This document shows positions 48,122-53,214 of a DNA stretch of 53,214 nucleotides, in pieces (within the stretch, counting starts at the first letter, position 1; each line of letters opens with the position of its first letter). Source of the DNA: Dehalococcoidia bacterium UBA1152 (lineage in GTDB: Bacteria > Chloroflexota > Dehalococcoidia > Lucifugimonadales > UBA2962); the NCBI GenBank assembly GCA_002311285.1, contig DBZU01000072.1, positions 41,535 to 94,748 of the forward strand. The letters run 5' to 3'. Under the pieces are notes generated by a model that was not told the DNA's origin, ran no database searches, and saw only the letters and a list, made by a program, of their open reading frames with translations. A program made the translations under genes and the position numbers.

Positions 48122-48496
48122 TTAGTGTTCATGAGCCGTCATACCCAACAAATCAAACATTTCATTTAGGCTTAAATCCAAGGCTCTTTGTAAACTTTTA
48201 CCTTCCAAAGATTCAGAATAAAGCCGTAACTTAAGTAAACGGTTAAATATCCCTAGCACTAATTCAACTCCAGCAAGATTTAAACCTAAGTCGTTAACTA
48301 AATACTTGATTAACCGCAAACGCGCCATGTCCTCTTCGGAATACAAACGGAGCATACCTCCGGTTCTGAAAGGAGATATTAGCCCAACTCTTTCATACTT
48401 CCTCAAAGTCTGGGGATGCATCTCTAAAAGCCGAGCTGCTACACTGATTATGTATACACCGTCACCACTGGCTCTGTATTCAATTCTTCTATTCAT
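48122..48496 (-). CDS. hspR: MerR-family heat-shock transcriptional regulator (HspR-like)
   Basis: 124 aa. Has YIISVAARLLEMHPQTLRKYERVGLISPFRTGGMLRLYSEEDMARLRLI. It is the first gene of the grpE-dnaK operon. Confidence 0.82.
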   Translation of the reverse strand: MNRRIEYRASGDGVYIISVAARLLEMHPQTLRKYERVGLISPFRTGGMLRLYSEEDMARLRLIKYLVNDLGLNLAGVELVLGIFNRLLKLRLYSESLEGKSLQRALDLSLNEMFDLLGMTAHEH

Positions 48497-48622
48497 TACT
48501 AATATTCTATTTCTGAAACATTAATACAAACAATATCAAGAGTAGATGCTAACTATACTTTCTAACTAACGTTGTAATGAGTTAATTGACAAATCTAATC
48601 CTAACAACTTATATTATATTAG

Positions 48623-48641
48623 TTGATACGCATCGTATCAA
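48623..48641. promoter_or_regulatory. Perfect inverted repeat TTGATACG-cat-CGTATCAA upstream of hspR (candidate operator, function unknown)
   Basis: Read directly from the sequence: 8-bp arms and a 3-nt spacer. On the minus strand it follows a TTGACA hexamer (48648-48653) after a 6-nt gap. It lies about 127 nt upstream of the hspR ATG. Confidence 0.3.
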
Positions 48642-48860
48642 TACCTTGTCAAAATAATTAGGTTTGTTAATTAATTATTTCAAGGGATTACACGAAAAAA
48701 TTTAGAGTAGATAGAGCATGGTTAACTTTAATGGAAATGCTGAAGTGCTCTAGTATTCGAAATTCAAATATTAATCATCACAATATATTACTTTACACAA
48801 TGTTATAAGCAGTGCAAAATAACAAACTTAGATTAGTGATAATAAAGAAAGAAGATCGTA

Positions 48861-49034
48861 ATGTTAAAGTTCAAGGGATGCCCCAGATGCAAAGGGGATA
48901 TTAATAAAAATTCAGACATATATGGAGCATACTTAGAATGCCTCCAATGCGGTCATATGATTTATTTGGCAAATCGATCAAAAAGAATTCTAAAATCACG
49001 TCAGGATTCTACCAACAAAACTGCCGCTGCTTAA
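48861..49034 (+). CDS. Hypothetical small zinc-ribbon protein (57 aa; below the ORF-track size cutoff)
   Basis: Manual translation gives MLKFKGCPRCKGDINKNSDIYGAYLECLQCGHMIYLANRSKRILKSRQDSTNKTAAA. It has a CPRC-x14-CLQC zinc ribbon and a basic tail. An AAAGAAAGAAG purine tract lies upstream. The stop is 1 nt from the convergent stop of the next gene. Confidence 0.4.
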   Translation: MLKFKGCPRCKGDINKNSDIYGAYLECLQCGHMIYLANRSKRILKSRQDSTNKTAAA

Positions 49035-49035
49035 T

Positions 49036-49647
49036 TTAGCTTTCCTTGAATCTTTGTTCTTTCCATGGGTCTCCATCCATGTGATATCCTCTCGATTCCC
49101 AGAATCCTGCTCGGTTATCTGACATAAATTCAATACCGTTAACCCATTTAGCACTCTTCCATGAATATCTTTTAGGAACAACTAACCTTAATGGACCTCC
49201 ATGTTCAGATGACAGTTCTTGTTTATCATGCTTATATGCAAGAATGACATCATCATCTATCATCACGTCCAGCGGCAGATTCGTCGTATAACCGCCGTAA
49301 CAGTGAATCATTATATATTTAACATCGTCGTGCAGGGCAACTAAATCTTTAACTGATTTAAACTGAACTCCTTGCCAAACATTAATTAGACGGCTCCACT
49401 GAGTTACACAATGAAAACCTGCTTTAATTTTAACTTGTGGAAGATTCATCAAATCATGCCAATTCAAGCTAATCTCGTTCTCAATCAAACCAAAAACTTG
49501 GATTTTCAAATTCTCTTTATCAATGTTCGGTATTTTGCCAAACGTTAAGACTGGAAACTTATCAGTCACGAATTGTCCTGGTGGCACATCATGATTATCA
49601 TTCCATCTTGGGCTATATTGTTTAATTTTTCTAAGTTTTTTTTGCAT
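49036..49647 (-). CDS. Small sulfite-oxidase-fold molybdopterin-dependent oxidoreductase (YuiH-like)
   Basis: 203 aa. Has FHCVTQWS (candidate Mo-ligand Cys) and GGPLRLVVPKRYSWKSAKWV. No signal peptide. Confidence 0.78.
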   Translation of the reverse strand: MQKKLRKIKQYSPRWNDNHDVPPGQFVTDKFPVLTFGKIPNIDKENLKIQVFGLIENEISLNWHDLMNLPQVKIKAGFHCVTQWSRLINVWQGVQFKSVKDLVALHDDVKYIMIHCYGGYTTNLPLDVMIDDDVILAYKHDKQELSSEHGGPLRLVVPKRYSWKSAKWVNGIEFMSDNRAGFWESRGYHMDGDPWKEQRFKES

Positions 49648-49732
49648 TTGTTTTATTCTTAAAATAGGATTTCATCAAAGTATAACTCTGCTTTGCAAAT
49701 TCGTATCGTCAGACGAATGTTAAAATTTTACT

Positions 49733-51037
49733 ATGGTTCACAATGCAAAACTTTTGATAACTAAAGAAAGCTTTGAAATAACTGTTCTTGATAACGGATT
49801 ACGTGTGATCACATGTGAAATGCCCGAAGTTCAATCTGCTTCAATTAACCTGATTGTTGGTGTTGGATCACGTCATGAAACTGACCAGTACGCAGGTGTA
49901 TCACATTTTTTAGAACACATTTTTTTTAAAGGAACAAATAAACGTCCAACCCCTAAATTGATCAGTGGAGCTATTGAAGGAGTAGGCGGAGTTATCAATG
50001 CAGAAACTGAGCAGGAATTAACAAATTACTGGTGTAAAGTACCTGCTAATTATGTGTATGACGCCATTGATTTGTTACTAGACATGATTAGAAATTCATT
50101 AATCAATGAAAATGAGATCGATAAAGAACGTGCAGTTATATTAGATGAACTCGCAATGACTCACGACCTTCCGGAATACCAAGTCGATACGTTGATCGAT
50201 GGTATGTTGTGGCCAGGCCATCCATTAAGTAGAGATATCGGGGGAACGAAAGAAACTGTATTTAATATTAATCGAGAAATATTAAAAGAACACATTGAAA
50301 AATATTATAGTCCTTTGAACACAGTAATCAGCGTGGCAGGAAATATTAATCATCAACAAATTGTAAGTCAAATAGAATTATTGACTTCTAATTGGGTTGG
50401 TGATTCGCCGCCTGATTACCTTTCCTATTCGAATCATCAAGACGCCCCTAAGTCTAAGATTAAATTCAGAAGTACTGAACAAGCTTATTTATCCATAGCA
50501 TTCCCTGCTATATCAATTTTCCATGATGATAGAGATGCTTTAGGACTTTTAAATGTTGCTATTGGTGAAGGGATGAGTAGCAGATTATTCATAGAGCTCC
50601 GAGAAAACCAAGGCCTCGCTTACGATATTCACTCATCTTTAGTGTACTTCAAGGATTGTGGTGCATTTACAGTCAAGGCAGGAGTTGAACCTAAACGAAT
50701 TTACGATGCTACACAGTTGATAATGGAACAGTTAGAAGATATAAAAAACGCCATTGAGTTTGAGGAATTTAGTAAGGCAAAACAGATGGCAGCAGGACGT
50801 TTAATACTCCTAATGGAAGATAGCAGGGCTGTATCTAACTGGTTTGGTATCCAAGAAATACTATTAAATGAGATAATTGACCCAGCAACAGCAATATTTA
50901 AGTTAAACTCTCTTGACCCTGACGATGTAAATAGAGTTTCAAAAACTGTACTTGAATTTGTTAATCTCAATATAGCTGTTGTGGGTCCATGCAGAGGATC
51001 GAAACGACTTGGACAACTTATTACTGAATGGATTTAA
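49733..51037 (+). CDS. M16-family zinc peptidase (insulinase/pitrilysin-like)
   Basis: 434 aa. Has the inverted zinc motif HFLEH followed by FKGT. Confidence 0.88.
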   Translation: MVHNAKLLITKESFEITVLDNGLRVITCEMPEVQSASINLIVGVGSRHETDQYAGVSHFLEHIFFKGTNKRPTPKLISGAIEGVGGVINAETEQELTNYWCKVPANYVYDAIDLLLDMIRNSLINENEIDKERAVILDELAMTHDLPEYQVDTLIDGMLWPGHPLSRDIGGTKETVFNINREILKEHIEKYYSPLNTVISVAGNINHQQIVSQIELLTSNWVGDSPPDYLSYSNHQDAPKSKIKFRSTEQAYLSIAFPAISIFHDDRDALGLLNVAIGEGMSSRLFIELRENQGLAYDIHSSLVYFKDCGAFTVKAGVEPKRIYDATQLIMEQLEDIKNAIEFEEFSKAKQMAAGRLILLMEDSRAVSNWFGIQEILLNEIIDPATAIFKLNSLDPDDVNRVSKTVLEFVNLNIAVVGPCRGSKRLGQLITEWI

Positions 51038-51120
51038 GTTAAATTAAATATGATTCATGTCAATCAAGTCATAAGATTATACTCAAAGAAAATAATAGCA
51101 AGTGTTTCGTGAGCAGGTAA

Positions 51121-52266
51121 ATGAAAGACGTATTTAAAGAAACAAAGAGATTGTTAAATGACCGACACAAGTTAGTCTTAGCTACTGTTGTGAGAACTAA
51201 AGGTTCTACTCCTCAAAAACCTGGAGCTAAATTATTAGTTAGAGAAGATGGAAGTGGTGTTGGAACTCTCGGAGGAGGCTGTGTAGAAGGAGATATATGG
51301 TTCGCTGCACAACAATTACTTAAAAATGTAGGCCCAACACAGTTCAGAGAGTATCAATTGAACGAAGATCTAGCGGCAGAAGAAGGTTTGGTTTGTGGCG
51401 GCACCATGTATTTTATGATTGATCCAATATACGAACCTGAAGAACTTTTGGGTTTTGCCCATGAAATAAATGGCGCGTACTCAGGTGAAAAACCGGTTGC
51501 TCTTGCGACACTAATTAGTAATCCTGGGGAAAGCATATTACCCCTTGGGTCTGGCATTGAGACTGGTCGAAAATTGTTTATTAGAGAAGACGGAACAACT
51601 ATCGGTAGCTTAGGTTCAAAATCTATAGATGCAGATGCAGTAGGTCGAGGCTCTCAGCTAATGATCCATGGCTCTAATGAATACGTTGTCACTGAAAATG
51701 GAACTGAATATTTTATAGAGGGATATACAAGCCCCCCCAAGTTAATTTTAGTTGGAGGAGGCCACGTGTCTAAAGCAATTTCATCTATGGCAGATAAACT
51801 AGGATTTCATGTTTATATAACGGACGATCGATCAGAGTTTGCAAACAACGAAAGATTTCCTGAAGCTAAAGAAACTATAGCTATGGAGCCTGCCCAAGCA
51901 TTGGATCAAATCCACATAACTAAAAATTCATTCATTGTGGTGGCAACTAGAGGACATAAATACGACAGTGATGCTCTTGCTGCCGCTGCCAAAACTTCGG
52001 CAAGTTATGTCGGGCTATTAGGATCCAAAAGGAAAATTATTCTTATTTATGAGGCTTTAGTTCGAATGGGATTACCAAAAGATCGAATAAAGGACTTGAG
52101 GGCACCAATTGGCCTTGATATAAATGCCAGAACTCCAGATGAAATAGCTATTAGTATTATGTCAGAAATACTAATGTTTCAATTGGGTGGTAGTGGGGCA
52201 AATATGAAACTCGAAGATAAATTGATTGAAAAGATATTTTCTAAGAATGCAGAAGTCTTAAATTAA
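51121..52266 (+). CDS. XdhC/CoxI-family molybdoenzyme maturation factor
   Basis: 381 aa. Has an N-terminal XdhC_CoxI region (ATVVRTKGSTPQKPGAKLLV...GGCVEG) and a C-terminal Rossmann-like region (LILVGGGHVS). Confidence 0.82.
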   Translation: MKDVFKETKRLLNDRHKLVLATVVRTKGSTPQKPGAKLLVREDGSGVGTLGGGCVEGDIWFAAQQLLKNVGPTQFREYQLNEDLAAEEGLVCGGTMYFMIDPIYEPEELLGFAHEINGAYSGEKPVALATLISNPGESILPLGSGIETGRKLFIREDGTTIGSLGSKSIDADAVGRGSQLMIHGSNEYVVTENGTEYFIEGYTSPPKLILVGGGHVSKAISSMADKLGFHVYITDDRSEFANNERFPEAKETIAMEPAQALDQIHITKNSFIVVATRGHKYDSDALAAAAKTSASYVGLLGSKRKIILIYEALVRMGLPKDRIKDLRAPIGLDINARTPDEIAISIMSEILMFQLGGSGANMKLEDKLIEKIFSKNAEVLN

Positions 52267-52313
52267 ACTGAGTTGTACACCATTAATTTTATTTTAGGTG
52301 AAGCCTGTCTCCT

Positions 52314-52964
52314 ATGCCAACGATATCAGCCATCTTAACAAGCGCAGGCGAATCAAAAAGAATGGGCACTCTTAAGCCTTTAATTAAATGGCCTGACTCC
52401 AATTTAGGCAGAGATGTATCATTAATCGAGTATCAAATTTCTCAACTAACAGATGCCGGAATTGATGAAATAGTAGTGGTGTTAGGTCACCAAGCAGATA
52501 AGATAAGCAGTTATGTAAAAGGTAACAAAGTAAGTTATGTAATTAACAGTGAATATCGAAAAGGCAAATCTGGCTCTATAAAAAGGGGGTTGGAGTTCGT
52601 TGATGATAATAGTGCAGCAATACTGTTGATGGCAATAGATCAACCCAGACCATCATCCATAATCTCAAAGGTGATCAAATCACACTCGTTTAAACAAACA
52701 AACATTACGTCCCCAACTTATCGTGGCCGAGGCGGTCATCCCATAATATTCTCTGCAGATCTAAAAACGGAACTAATGTTGATTACTGAAAATAAACAGG
52801 GCATTAGGGATGTAATTTCTCGTAATCACAAATTTGTGAAGAGAATAGAAATAGATACTGATGAAATTCGATTAGATCTAAACACCCCAGAAGAATACAA
52901 TAAAGCCTATAGAAACGCTTGGAAAAAAATCAATTCTAAGAGAATTATTAATGACAAATATTAA
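52314..52964 (+). CDS. MobA-like NTP transferase (molybdenum cofactor cytidylyl/guanylyltransferase, MocA-like)
   Basis: 216 aa. Has an N-terminal AILTSAGESKRMG and AIDQPR motifs. Confidence 0.78.
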   Translation: MPTISAILTSAGESKRMGTLKPLIKWPDSNLGRDVSLIEYQISQLTDAGIDEIVVVLGHQADKISSYVKGNKVSYVINSEYRKGKSGSIKRGLEFVDDNSAAILLMAIDQPRPSSIISKVIKSHSFKQTNITSPTYRGRGGHPIIFSADLKTELMLITENKQGIRDVISRNHKFVKRIEIDTDEIRLDLNTPEEYNKAYRNAWKKINSKRIINDKY

Positions 52965-53214
52965 AGGTCCAGTAAAAAAATTTAAAAGTCAAAAAAAATT
53001 ATTAAATGTCAATATCCTAAAACGAGAGGACATCACTGATGATTTATTAAAGATTTGGGTCGAGAAACCAGATGGTTTTACTTTCAAACCCGGTCAGTAT
53101 TGCACTATTGGTATTGATGGTATTGAGAGAGCATATTCTATAGTTTCGTCTCCTCATGAGGAAAATCTTGAGTTATTTGTCGAGTTGGTCCCAAAAAGTC
53201 AAGGTGGAGTTTTA
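52951..53214 (+). CDS. Ferredoxin-NADP reductase-like flavoprotein (5' part only; runs off window)
   Basis: Manual translation from the ATG at 52951 gives MTNIKGPV...FKPGQYCTIGIDGIERAYSIVSSP, which includes the RxYS FAD-binding motif. The frame is open to the window end. Confidence 0.7.
   Translation, partial: MTNIKGPVKKFKSQKKLLNVNILKREDITDDLLKIWVEKPDGFTFKPGQYCTIGIDGIERAYSIVSSPHEENLELFVELVPKSQGGVL

Noticed and set aside
48497-48860. HAIR or CIRCE heat-shock operators upstream of hspR
   Set aside because: I scanned both strands by eye for CTTGAGT-N7-ACTCAAG and TTAGCACTC-N9-GAGTGCTAA. Only a weak CTTGATA half-site-like string is present, so no call is made.
1-53214. CRISPR arrays, prophage or integrative elements, transposases, defence systems
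   Set aside because: There are no direct-repeat/spacer arrays. No integrase, transposase, reverse transcriptase, Cas, restriction-modification or toxin-antitoxin-like translations appear in the six-frame track or in the spacers I read. Apart from the AT-rich intergenic spacers, nucleotide composition looks uniform across the window, with no obvious island boundary.

Overview
This is a gene-dense, AT-rich 53.2-kb bacterial chromosomal segment with about 57 protein genes, one tRNA and very short intergenic spacers. From the gene content I tentatively guess a marine Chloroflexota (SAR202/Dehalococcoidia-like) organism. The clues are an Alternative Complex III operon, an HspR-headed chaperone operon, an F420-type NpdG reductase, fusA joined directly to rpsJ without tuf, and many oxidoreductases. 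This taxonomic call is inference only.

Layout, left to right:
- 1-7395 (-): S10/str ribosomal cluster rpsL-rpsG-fusA-rpsJ-rplC-rplD-rplW-rplB-rpsS-rplV-rpsC. rpsC is cut by the window edge.
- 7739-9104 (+): a DtxR/MntR-type repressor and a SAM methyltransferase.
- 9248-17434 (-): an Alternative Complex III (Act) operon with a non-canonical gene order.
- 17856-30212: a mixed nitrogen/organic-acid catabolism region. It holds a class III aminotransferase, a TcuA-like flavoprotein, tRNA-Gln, a squalene/phytoene-synthase-like gene, a phosphotriesterase-like gene, a GS-like gmaS candidate, an MFS transporter, a GlxBCD/MgsABC-like trio and a DUF3830 fusion.
- 30216-36996: housekeeping genes (bioY, thiD, rsmG, ilvD and others).
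- 37156-37665 (-): an isolated double zinc-ribbon gene next to a 446-bp very AT-rich spacer.
- 38112-45532 (+): an etfBA-npdG-deacetylase-GMC-ThDP enzyme string.
- 45567-48496 (-): hspR-grpE-dnaK.
- 49036-53214: molybdenum-cofactor-related genes (YuiH-like Mo enzyme, XdhC, MocA-like), an M16 peptidase and a truncated FNR-like gene.

I saw no CRISPR array, integrase, transposase, reverse transcriptase, restriction or toxin-antitoxin hallmarks. I cannot point to a convincing self-contained novel system. The best candidates for follow-up are:
- the rearranged, split-ActB ACIII operon with an extra small membrane ORF;
- the gmaS/mgsABC-like cluster that lacks mgd genes but sits next to a DUF3830 fusion protein;
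- the orphan zinc-ribbon genes in AT-rich spacers;
- a tRNA-like T-arm fragment at 9.1 kb.

All functional calls rest on my own motif and family recognition from the translations. No searches were run.
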